Source: Bacteroidia bacterium
Lineage (GTDB): Bacteria; Bacteroidota; Bacteroidia; AKYH767-A; OLB10
Assembly: GCA_016788185.1 (NCBI GenBank)
Contig: JAEUTF010000183.1
Location: forward strand, 7,152 to 71,151
Reading direction: 5' to 3'
Length of the DNA stretch: 64,000 bases
The translations under genes were made by a program, and so were the position numbers. Within the stretch, counting starts at the first letter, position 1. Each line of letters opens with the position of its first letter. This document shows, in pieces, positions 47,201-55,693 of this stretch. Under the pieces are notes generated by a model. That model had not been told where the DNA came from. It saw only the letters and a list, made by a program, of their open reading frames with translations, and did no database searches.

Positions 47201-49363
47201 CTAACTCAACACCTGATAGGCAAGAAAACTGCTGATCCAGGCCAGGGCAGAAAAATACGCGAACTGTATCAAGGGCCATTTCCAACTCCCGGTTTCACGC
47301 CGCACCACCGCCATGGTACTCATGCATTGCATCGCGAAGGCATAAAACAGCATCAGCGACCAGCCCACGGCTGCCGTGTAACGTGGACCTCCGGTATCCG
47401 GATTGATTTCGTATTTCATTTTATCCTTTACCGTCATGGCGTCCGCGTCACTTTGTCCGACACTGTAAATGGTACTCATGGTGCCTACAAACACTTCACG
47501 GGCGGCAAAGGAAGTGACCAGGGCGATACCGATTTTCCAGTCGAAACCCAGGGGGCGGATGGCCGGTTCCAGTAAATGGCCGAGTTTGCCGGCGTAAGAT
47601 GCCTCCAGCATTTCAGATTGCAGCACATAGTTTTCGGGACTTTCCCCCATCCCCTGCGTACTCATTTCAATGGATTTTTTTTCCAGTTGCGCATAGTGGT
47701 CACCGGGGCCGCGTGAGGACAGAAACCAGAGTACGATGCTGATGGCGACAATGATTTTACCGGCATCGAAAAGGAAAATCCGGACTTTTTCGGCAATGGC
47801 ATACAGTACATTGTTCCAGCGGGGCATACGGTACACCGGAATCTCCATGATGAAATAGGCTTTTTCCTTCACCTTCACGAAGTTTTTAAAAAGTGCGGCC
47901 GAGGCGATGGCCGCAAGAAATCCGATCAGGTACAAGGACATCATCACGAGTCCCTGTAATCCGATGAAGCCGAACACCATTTTCTGAGGTACCACCAGAG
48001 CGATCAGCAGGGTGTAAACCGGAAGCCGGGCCGAACAGCTCATCAGGGGTGTAACGAAGATGGTGATGAGGCGTTCACGCCAGCTGCCGATGGTTCGGGT
48101 GCTGAGAATGGCCGGTACCGCACAGGCGGCGCCGCTCATCAGAGGGATGACGGATCTGCCGTTCAGTCCGAACTTGCGCATCAGCTTATCCATCAGGAAA
48201 CTAACGCGGGCCATATACCCCGTATCCTCCAGGATGGCAATGAACATAAAAAGCAGCGCAATCTGCGGAATGAAAATGATGATGCCTCCCACCCCGGCAA
48301 GCACCCCGTCCACGAGGAGATCATTGAGCATACCCTGGGGTAGTGCGTTGCGGGCCTTATCGCTCAGCTGGGTAAAGGTTTCATCGATAAAATTCATTGG
48401 GAATTCGGCCAGGCTGAAAATGGTCTGAAAAATCAGAAAGAGGACCGTCAGGAAAAAGATATAACCCCAGAAACGGTGCATCATTAAGCGGTCGATCCGC
48501 TGGGTGATGGAAGGACGTTTGTTTTTTTCTCCCTGCGAAACAGCGCTGTTCATGACATCCTGGATGACTTTGTAGCGCTCCAGGGTTTCATACGACTGCA
48601 TCTTCACCAGGTCGGTTTCGTTTTCGCTGATGATCCCTTTCGCTTTTAATTTCAGATAACCGGGATAATGGAATTCATCAAGGGCATCTGCATGGTGAGC
48701 GATCTGCAGCGCGGCGTAATTGCTTCTGAGATTCAGCGCCTCGCTCAGGCCCTTGAGTAATTTCGGTGCCAGCGGCGCTGTATCAAAAATATCCTTCTCC
48801 GGTACAGGGATGCTGGCGACGAGTACCTGCTTGAGTTCCTCCATTCCTTCCTCACTCCGTCCATTGATGGGGATTACGCGAACACCCAGCCTGCGTTCCA
48901 TTTCGTCCACCTGGATCACGATGTTTTCCTTTTTTACAAGGTCCATCATGTTGAGAGCGATCACACAGGGAATTTTCAGATCGATGACCTGGCTGGCCAG
49001 GAACAGGCTGCGTTTAAGGTTGGTCCCATCCACCAGCAGCACCACGATATCAGGATGGCTGGCATTCGCCGGGTCGCAAAGGATTTCAAAGGGGATTCTT
49101 TCGTCGGGCGACTTGGGATATAAACTATAGGTACCCGGGAGATCAATGATTTCGAAATGCGTGGGTTTGCCGGTATTGGAATTAAAAATCCGGCAATGTC
49201 CGGTTTTCTTCTCTACGGTTACGCCCGGAAAATTGGCTACTTTCTGGTGAAGGCCGGTCAGCAGGTTAAACAGGGTGCTCTTCCCGCTGTTGGGATTCCC
49301 CGCCAGGGCAACCTTCACATAACGTTTACGGACATGCGTTTCCGTTGCAATAGACTGCGACAA
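47201..49363 (-). CDS. feoB: Ferrous iron transporter B
   Basis: 720 aa with an N-terminal G-domain (GNPNSGKST) followed by a polytopic membrane domain. Confidence 0.95.
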   Translation of the reverse strand: MSQSIATETHVRKRYVKVALAGNPNSGKSTLFNLLTGLHQKVANFPGVTVEKKTGHCRIFNSNTGKPTHFEIIDLPGTYSLYPKSPDERIPFEILCDPANASHPDIVVLLVDGTNLKRSLFLASQVIDLKIPCVIALNMMDLVKKENIVIQVDEMERRLGVRVIPINGRSEEGMEELKQVLVASIPVPEKDIFDTAPLAPKLLKGLSEALNLRSNYAALQIAHHADALDEFHYPGYLKLKAKGIISENETDLVKMQSYETLERYKVIQDVMNSAVSQGEKNKRPSITQRIDRLMMHRFWGYIFFLTVLFLIFQTIFSLAEFPMNFIDETFTQLSDKARNALPQGMLNDLLVDGVLAGVGGIIIFIPQIALLFMFIAILEDTGYMARVSFLMDKLMRKFGLNGRSVIPLMSGAACAVPAILSTRTIGSWRERLITIFVTPLMSCSARLPVYTLLIALVVPQKMVFGFIGLQGLVMMSLYLIGFLAAIASAALFKNFVKVKEKAYFIMEIPVYRMPRWNNVLYAIAEKVRIFLFDAGKIIVAISIVLWFLSSRGPGDHYAQLEKKSIEMSTQGMGESPENYVLQSEMLEASYAGKLGHLLEPAIRPLGFDWKIGIALVTSFAAREVFVGTMSTIYSVGQSDADAMTVKDKMKYEINPDTGGPRYTAAVGWSLMLFYAFAMQCMSTMAVVRRETGSWKWPLIQFAYFSALAWISSFLAYQVLS

Positions 49364-49372
49364 AATACGGGC

Positions 49373-49612
49373 TTAGTGCAGGGGTTTAACAACAATCGAA
49401 TCGGCTTCTTCCATGCGGATTCCTAACGTGGAACCGTTCACATGGATGGCCATGGGACAGCCAAAAGGTGCAAAACGGTCAATCGTCACCGTTTCACCCG
49501 GAAGACATCCCATTTCCAGCATTTTTTGCTTCATCGCCTCGTCCATAAAAGAATCGATGATGGCACTTTCTCCCTTGTGCAACTTCGACAAACGCATGGT
49601 TTCCACTTGCAT
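49373..49612 (-). CDS. feoA: Ferrous iron transport protein A
   Basis: 79 aa SH3-like FeoA immediately upstream of feoB. ATG at 49612-49610. Confidence 0.85.
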   Translation of the reverse strand: MQVETMRLSKLHKGESAIIDSFMDEAMKQKMLEMGCLPGETVTIDRFAPFGCPMAIHVNGSTLGIRMEEADSIVVKPLH

Positions 49613-49623
49613 AGCCCAACTAG

Positions 49624-49640
49624 TTTAGAATGATTCTAAA
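49624..49640. promoter_or_regulatory. Fur-box-like 8-1-8 perfect palindrome TTTAGAATGATTCTAAA, 12-28 nt upstream of the feoA start codon
   Basis: Palindrome verified in the sequence. It resembles the 7-1-7 Fur motif TGATAATnATTATCA. Its position over the feoAB promoter fits iron-responsive repression. Confidence 0.4.
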
Positions 49641-49740
49641 TACTCTGCTAAGATATACAGCCACGGCAATTTTTCGGCTGGTAAAAATCATAATTAAGGT
49701 AAAGGCCTGAAAAACAGAAATATAATCGAATTGATACTTA

Positions 49741-49881
49741 TCAGGCAGGCTGCCTGGAGGGGGCGCTGGTGGTTTTACTCCATTGAGGGCAATCGCATTT
49801 TTTCTTGAAAAGGCTGCAGGACGACAGGGAAAGAAGTACGACCAATGCAAAACAAAACAGGGGCAAAGGCAAGCGTTTCAT
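49741..49881 (-). CDS. Possible tiny lipoprotein (46 aa) with CDCP motif
   Basis: The internal ATG at 49881 gives MKRLPLPLFCFALVVLLSLSSC (signal plus lipobox), then a 24-aa mature peptide SLFKKKCDCPQWSKTTSAPSRQPA. Speculative. Confidence 0.25.
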   Translation of the reverse strand: MKRLPLPLFCFALVVLLSLSSCSLFKKKCDCPQWSKTTSAPSRQPA

Positions 49882-50072
49882 GTGCCAAAGATAAGGTCTG
49901 CAGGTCTTTAATGTACAGGAATCCGGTGCTTTTGTTACAACCGGGTCGTCAGGGAGGTTTTCAGGATTCGTCATCATTGATAAATCTTCCTCTGCGAACC
50001 CTTTCATGCTATTGATTCCGTGTTTGTAAAAGCGTTTTTAATTTATCCGCGCATTGGCGCCATATTCCTAAT

Positions 50073-50828
50073 TTGGCACCCGTGATTTCCCGTCATTTGT
50101 TTGCGATTGGCCGCTATTGGATCTTCATGAAAGGTCTTTTCATGAAGCCTGAAAAATTCATTGTGTATTACCGGCAGGTGATGCACGAGCTGGTCAGTAT
50201 CGGCGTAGGCGCGCTCGGTATCGTGGCGCTCACCTCCGTCTTTATGGGGGCGGTCATCACCATTCAAAGCGCCTACAACCTGGTGAATCCAATGGTGCCG
50301 ATTTACGCTGTAGGCATCGTGGCACGCGATTCCATCATCCTTGAATTTTCACCTACCATCATCATGCTGATTCTGGCCGGAAAGGTGGGTTCCAGCATCG
50401 CTTCGGAGATTGGAACCATGCGTGTAACCGAACAAATTGACGCACTGGAAATCATGGGGATCAATTCTTCAGGCTTTCTCACCTTGCCAAAAATTATTGC
50501 AGGCTTGCTCATCACTCCCTTCGTAGTGATATTGAGTATGTTTCTGGGCATTCTGGGCGGATGGATTGCAGGGGATCTGAGCGGTACGGTTCCTTCAGCC
50601 GATTACATTCACGGACTCCAGGATCAGTTCGTTCCTTTCAATATTGTATTTGCCATGATTAAATCACTGGTTTTTGCATACATCATTACCAGCGTTTCCT
50701 CCTTTCATGGTTATTATACCGATGGGGGAGCGCTCGAAGTGGGGCAAAGCAGTACCAAGGCGGTGGTTTACAGCAGCGTGGTCATTCTCATTTTTGATTA
50801 TATCCTGACACAACTCATTCTGGCCTGA
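50073..50828 (+). CDS. mlaE: MlaE-family ABC transporter permease (phospholipid/organic-solvent resistance system)
   Basis: 251 aa polytopic permease with the MlaE pattern. The track start is TTG; alternative ATGs at 50127 and 50142. Confidence 0.8.
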   Translation: MAPVISRHLFAIGRYWIFMKGLFMKPEKFIVYYRQVMHELVSIGVGALGIVALTSVFMGAVITIQSAYNLVNPMVPIYAVGIVARDSIILEFSPTIIMLILAGKVGSSIASEIGTMRVTEQIDALEIMGINSSGFLTLPKIIAGLLITPFVVILSMFLGILGGWIAGDLSGTVPSADYIHGLQDQFVPFNIVFAMIKSLVFAYIITSVSSFHGYYTDGGALEVGQSSTKAVVYSSVVILIFDYILTQLILA

Positions 50829-50834
50829 TGTTTC

Positions 50835-51581
50835 ATGATTGAAGTAAAAAATATCTGTAAGGGATTTGAAGGGAAGCAGGTGCTGGATGATATCTCCTGC
50901 ACCTTTGAAACCGGAAAGGTAAACCTGATCATCGGACAGAGCGGCATGGGTAAAACGGTGCTGATGAAATGCACCGTCGGACTTTTTGAAGTGGACTCCG
51001 GAGCGGTTTATTTCGACGGCCGGAACTTCAGTGAAATGAATTTCAAAGAACGCAAGCCGGTACGGCAGGAAATCGGAATGGTTTTTCAGGGAGGCGCCTT
51101 GTTTGATTCACTGACCGTGGAGCAGAACGTGATGTTTCCGCTCAACATGTTTACCACCCTGACCCTGCCGGAGAAACTGGAGCGGGTTAATTTCTGTTTA
51201 CAACGGGTGAACCTGATCAACGTGAACCACTTGTTCCCTTCCGAAATCAGCGGCGGCATGAAGAAAAGGGTGGCGATTGCCCGCGCCATTGCCATGAACC
51301 CTAAATACCTGTTTTGCGATGAGCCCAATTCAGGTCTTGATCCGAAAACCTCCATTGTCATCGATGAACTCATCATGGAACTCACGGAAGAATTTCAGAC
51401 TACGACCGTGGTAAATACCCACGACATGAATTCCCTGGTGGAAATGGGTGAAAAAATCGTTTTCATCTTCAAGGGGAAAAAATGGTGGGAGGGGAGCTAC
51501 GAAGAAATCCGCGACTCCGACAATCGCGAACTTCACGATTTCGTTTTCGCCACCAAGGTCATGCAAAGGATGCGCGATTAA
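50835..51581 (+). CDS. mlaF: MlaF-like ABC transporter ATP-binding protein
   Basis: 248 aa with Walker A (GQSGMGKT), ABC signature (LSGGMKKR) and Walker B. Confidence 0.8.
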   Translation: MIEVKNICKGFEGKQVLDDISCTFETGKVNLIIGQSGMGKTVLMKCTVGLFEVDSGAVYFDGRNFSEMNFKERKPVRQEIGMVFQGGALFDSLTVEQNVMFPLNMFTTLTLPEKLERVNFCLQRVNLINVNHLFPSEISGGMKKRVAIARAIAMNPKYLFCDEPNSGLDPKTSIVIDELIMELTEEFQTTTVVNTHDMNSLVEMGEKIVFIFKGKKWWEGSYEEIRDSDNRELHDFVFATKVMQRMRD

Positions 51582-51634
51582 TGGATGAATGATGATGAAC
51601 CTGTTCAGCGGCAGATGACCTGCCGATAGATCCT

Positions 51635-53347
51635 ATGAATATCCCATCCTTCCTGATTAAATTCTCATGCCAGCTGGGATCAGTATTTTTTCTTTTTCTG
51701 ATCCTGTTCTTTTGTCCGTCCTGTACCAACCCTCAGGATGGAAACCGGCCAAAGGCCAATGACACCCTGATCGTTGCACAGGATGTAAAAGGACCCTTTG
51801 TCCTCGACTCCCTGCTTTTTGATTCGCTGTCGACCGCTACTCCTGAACTGGCACCCTACCATTTGCTTTCCCGAAATTTTTATTCCAACCGGAAATGGGC
51901 GTATGCCTGGTTCAGTCGTTCCGGCCTGCGTGAACATGCCGGTTTCCTGTTGCAGTTTCTTGAAGGAGCCAAGCTGGAAGGGGTCAGGGATTCCTTTCCT
52001 CTTTTACCTTATTTACAGGAGCGCATGAATATCTATGCCAATGCGGACTCCGGACTGGCGCCGGATCCGGTTTTTGAAACCGCTATGACGCAGGCCTTCT
52101 TCTGGTATGCGGACAAAGCCTGGACCGGTTTGCCGGAAGAAAAATCGAAGGCCATGGGATGGTTCCTGCCGCGTCACCATGTCGATAAAACGGAATGGCT
52201 GGATTCCGCCATCTCCCATTCGCCCGATGGAAGCCTGCTGTCCAACGCCGTATTCCGTCAGTATTACTGGCTCAGAAACTACCTGGTCCGCTACGATAGC
52301 GTAAGCCGAGCCGGGGGATGGCCGCAGGTCGGATACCCGGGTTATACACTTCGGTACGGCGTAAACGATAGTGTAGTGCCACGGATTGCGGAAAGCCTCC
52401 GGCTTCACGGAGATCTGGATAGCGCCGGTACGGGAACGATCCTGGACTCCGCCTGTCTGAAAGGGGCGATGAAATTCCAGGAGCGCCATGGCCTGAATCC
52501 CGATGGAGCGCTCGGCAAGGAGTTTTTTTCGGCACTCAACGTCAGCGTGGAGGAGCGGATTGAACAGATCCTGATCAACATGGAAAGAAGCCGCTGGATG
52601 CCGTCCGGCTATCCGCTGCGTTACCTGATCGTCAACATCCCCGATTTCAGTCTCTATGCCTACGATGAAGGGAAGCAGATCTGGACCATGCGGGTGGTGG
52701 TGGGAAAGGAAATGCACGAAACCACGGTATTCAGCGGGATGATGAAATACGTGGTCTTCAATCCTTATTGGGTGATTCCGCCGGGGATTCTTTACAAGGA
52801 GATCATTCCGGGAGTGATGGCAAAATCATCTTACCTGAACAAACACAACATGGAGGTGGTGGATGCCGGCGGGAACAAAGTGAGCACTTCCGGCATCAAC
52901 TGGTCAAAGTATAGCCAGGGCGGATTTCCCTACACCATCCGGCAAAAGCCCGGTACAACCAATTCGCTGGGCAAAGTAAAATTCCTCTTCCCGAACAACT
53001 ACAGCATTTATCTGCACGATACGCCTTCGCGGTCTCTGTTTAAGGAGGAGAAGCGGGCATTCAGCCATGGCTGTATTCGCTTGAGCGATCCGGAGAAACT
53101 GGCCAATTTTGTGCTGGCTCCGGAAGGCCATTCTCCGGAAAAAATTGAAAAGTGGCTGAAGCCCGGAAAGGAAACATGGGTGACCATGAAAAAGGAATTG
53201 CCGGTTTATATCGTGTATTTTACAGCATGGGTCGAAAACGATGGGCAGCTTCATTTCCGGAAAGACATTTACCAGCGTGACCAGAAACTGCGCCAGGAAT
53301 TATTATCGGTGGAGAAGACCGACAGCCTCCCGGCTACATTTCAGTAG
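51635..53347 (+). CDS. L,D-transpeptidase family protein (YcbB-like) with peptidoglycan-binding domain
   Basis: 570 aa with signal peptide, a PG_binding_1-like segment (LKGAMKFQERHGLNPDGALG) and the YkuD catalytic motif SHGCIRL. Confidence 0.8.
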   Translation: MNIPSFLIKFSCQLGSVFFLFLILFFCPSCTNPQDGNRPKANDTLIVAQDVKGPFVLDSLLFDSLSTATPELAPYHLLSRNFYSNRKWAYAWFSRSGLREHAGFLLQFLEGAKLEGVRDSFPLLPYLQERMNIYANADSGLAPDPVFETAMTQAFFWYADKAWTGLPEEKSKAMGWFLPRHHVDKTEWLDSAISHSPDGSLLSNAVFRQYYWLRNYLVRYDSVSRAGGWPQVGYPGYTLRYGVNDSVVPRIAESLRLHGDLDSAGTGTILDSACLKGAMKFQERHGLNPDGALGKEFFSALNVSVEERIEQILINMERSRWMPSGYPLRYLIVNIPDFSLYAYDEGKQIWTMRVVVGKEMHETTVFSGMMKYVVFNPYWVIPPGILYKEIIPGVMAKSSYLNKHNMEVVDAGGNKVSTSGINWSKYSQGGFPYTIRQKPGTTNSLGKVKFLFPNNYSIYLHDTPSRSLFKEEKRAFSHGCIRLSDPEKLANFVLAPEGHSPEKIEKWLKPGKETWVTMKKELPVYIVYFTAWVENDGQLHFRKDIYQRDQKLRQELLSVEKTDSLPATFQ

Positions 53348-53702
53348 TGGAACAACTGATCCAGGTGATCAGCAGGGCCAGGAGCGACAAGGCACCAAAG
53401 GCGCCAAGCACCAGAGCCACCGGCGCAAGGAGAACCTGTATGACGGTGGCGGGTTCCGGCGGCAGGATGAAAAGAGCAATGCCCGCAAGACATACGCCCG
53501 TCAGAACAGAAATTTTCAATGGTCGGTATAGGTAAAGGGTAAGTGCCCGCATACCTTCTCAATACGTAAATTCCTGAGTTTTGTTATTCGGGCGCTTACT
53601 TTTTACAGAATTTTGATGTTGCCGGTACAGGGAATGCCATTTTTAGGTATTTTTCTTAAATCAAGGCAACGTATTTTAACCCGGAGGAGTCATGACAGTA
53701 GA

Positions 53703-54287
53703 ATGAGCGCCACGTCCGGAAATATTGAAGAGGACAAAGATCTTGTCAGGGATTGTCTGAATGGGAGGCGCGAAGCGCAGGAAACTTTTTTCAACCGCTA
53801 TAAAAGCAGGATGATGGCGCTTTGTGTACGCTACATGGGTGACCGTGAGCAGGCAGCGGATGTTTTCCAGGAGGCTTTCATTAAAGCTTTTCGCCTGCTG
53901 AAAAACTGGAGGGCCGATGGTCCCCTCGAAGCATGGCTGCGGAGGATCATGGTGCATACCGCCCTCAACGAGCTCCGTAAACGAAAGATGATCTGGATCG
54001 AAGACATGAAGGATGGTTTTGTACTTCATCCGCTGTTTAATACCGCCATCGCCCAGCTCAGCGAGAAGGAATTGCTGGCTTTGGTAGCCGGTTTGCCCAA
54101 AGGATACCGCACCGTTTTTAACCTGTATGTGGTGGAAGGATACGATCACAAAGAAATTGCCGGTCTGCTTGGGATCAGTGATAATACTTCCAGGTCACAA
54201 CTGATGAAGGCAAGAATGCTGCTTCAGAAAATGATCCTGGAGCAGGATGCAATAAAAAGCGAATACCCATCAAACGTTCAGTCATGA
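53703..54287 (+). CDS. RNA polymerase ECF-type sigma-70 factor
   Basis: 194 aa from the ATG at 53703. Region 2 (DVFQEAFIKAF) and a region 4 helix-turn-helix are present. Its stop overlaps the next ATG (ATGA). Confidence 0.85.
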   Translation: MSATSGNIEEDKDLVRDCLNGRREAQETFFNRYKSRMMALCVRYMGDREQAADVFQEAFIKAFRLLKNWRADGPLEAWLRRIMVHTALNELRKRKMIWIEDMKDGFVLHPLFNTAIAQLSEKELLALVAGLPKGYRTVFNLYVVEGYDHKEIAGLLGISDNTSRSQLMKARMLLQKMILEQDAIKSEYPSNVQS

Positions 54288-55681
54288 ATCAGGCGCAGGA
54301 GAATTATTTTGACAGGAAGATCAGAGAGAAGCTCGGCGATGCTGGAGCTGAAGCTCCGCTGGCCTGGGGAGAGATGGAAGTACTTTTGCAACGTAGGCGC
54401 CGTTCACTCTTTTTCTGGCTCAGAGGCTTTTTGATCAGCGATCTGCTGGTACTGGGTGTATGCATGGCCTTTTTTGAGCTGTCTGTTTCAGGTTTAACGG
54501 GGATTGATCCTGCATCCAAGAGGAAGGCAGGGTCCGGCAGTGAAAGAATGGATCCAGACACAAAGACGCAGCCTGCTGCTGAACCTTTTGAAAAGACCAG
54601 GCAAGCCTGGCAAAATGACCCGGTATCCGGAAAGAACGCAAAACCGATTTCTACTTTTCATGATAAGGATCCTGACGCTAACCGGCAGAACAGCACTAAA
54701 AACAAAAGGGGAGGTTGCAGTTCATGGGTACCCGGGAACACGGTAAGAACAGGACCCTCCTCCGGCGACCCGCTCCCAGGGAAAGCGGTCGGACAGGAAC
54801 CGGACATGCCTGGAGCGGGATGGATCGGTACCCGCAGCGATAAGCACGCCCTTGAAACGGAGGAAACAAAGGCAGTGGTCCCGGGCCATGAATCCAAAAA
54901 TGAGAAGGCAGCGGCTACAGGACCGGCGGTCGGATTAAAAACGGATTACTCCGGGGCCGGTGATGCACCGGATGAGCGTAATGAAAGGATGAGCACGCTC
55001 CGGAAGCTGACCAGTCCGGTACATCAGGTCAACTGTTGCGACGAGGCAACAGTGACCCGCCATGCGGAAGAGCTGAAGGTGGAGGAAGATGAACTTCGGC
55101 CGGCCATCATCCGCGTATATGGCATGGCCGGAATGGAAAACCTTGCTTTTGAGAGCAGGCTGACCGAGATCGATGAAATCATTGTGCGCAAAAACTGGAA
55201 CGCCATGTACGGGGCCGGACTCAGAATAGGCTATGCCCTCTCTCCCGGATTTTCGGTTCACCTGGGTATGGAGTTGACGCGCAGGAACATGAAAGTCCTG
55301 GTCATCGGCTTAAGTGATTCTTCTGAATTTTCTTCCGCGGTTTCCATGCTTACCGTTCCATTTCAGCTGCAATGGGCCCTGCCGAAAGGCCGCTTTGTCA
55401 TTTCACCGGTCGTCGGATTGGACTGGAACAAGCGTTCCACCGTAAACCTTCGTCGCAGCCTCGAAGACGATGAGCCACCCTTCAGCAGCGAAGCGTACCT
55501 GAAGGAGACCCGCACCTTCATCGCGCCGCGCATCGGCTGCCAGTTGTTCCTGCGTTGCAGCGACCACCTGGATGCATTTACCGGCATGCATTACCGGCTG
55601 GCCATACCCCTTGGCAAGGATAAAATCAGCGGAAACATTTTCGATTTTCAGATGGGTATATCGCTGCACCGTAAGCAGTAG
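54284..55681 (+). CDS. Putative anti-sigma factor: short cytoplasmic N-terminus, one TM helix, a roughly 200-aa disordered P/G/K/D/E-rich linker, and a C-terminal roughly 190-aa beta-rich domain resembling an OM beta-barrel (PF13568-like)
   Basis: 465 aa, translationally coupled to the ECF sigma gene. There is a hydrophobic segment at about residues 41-63. The C-terminal region alternates hydrophobic residues like a beta-barrel. No FecR/RskA domain was recognised. Confidence 0.45.
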   Translation: MNQAQENYFDRKIREKLGDAGAEAPLAWGEMEVLLQRRRRSLFFWLRGFLISDLLVLGVCMAFFELSVSGLTGIDPASKRKAGSGSERMDPDTKTQPAAEPFEKTRQAWQNDPVSGKNAKPISTFHDKDPDANRQNSTKNKRGGCSSWVPGNTVRTGPSSGDPLPGKAVGQEPDMPGAGWIGTRSDKHALETEETKAVVPGHESKNEKAAATGPAVGLKTDYSGAGDAPDERNERMSTLRKLTSPVHQVNCCDEATVTRHAEELKVEEDELRPAIIRVYGMAGMENLAFESRLTEIDEIIVRKNWNAMYGAGLRIGYALSPGFSVHLGMELTRRNMKVLVIGLSDSSEFSSAVSMLTVPFQLQWALPKGRFVISPVVGLDWNKRSTVNLRRSLEDDEPPFSSEAYLKETRTFIAPRIGCQLFLRCSDHLDAFTGMHYRLAIPLGKDKISGNIFDFQMGISLHRKQ

Positions 55682-55693
55682 GATGTTCCGGCT

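Noticed and set aside
53334-53552. 72-aa very hydrophobic minus-strand ORF overlapping the 3' end of the L,D-transpeptidase gene
   Set aside because: It overlaps a solid gene's stop region, its composition is typical of off-frame GC-rich translation, and there is no upstream signal. Kept only as a remote small-membrane-protein possibility.
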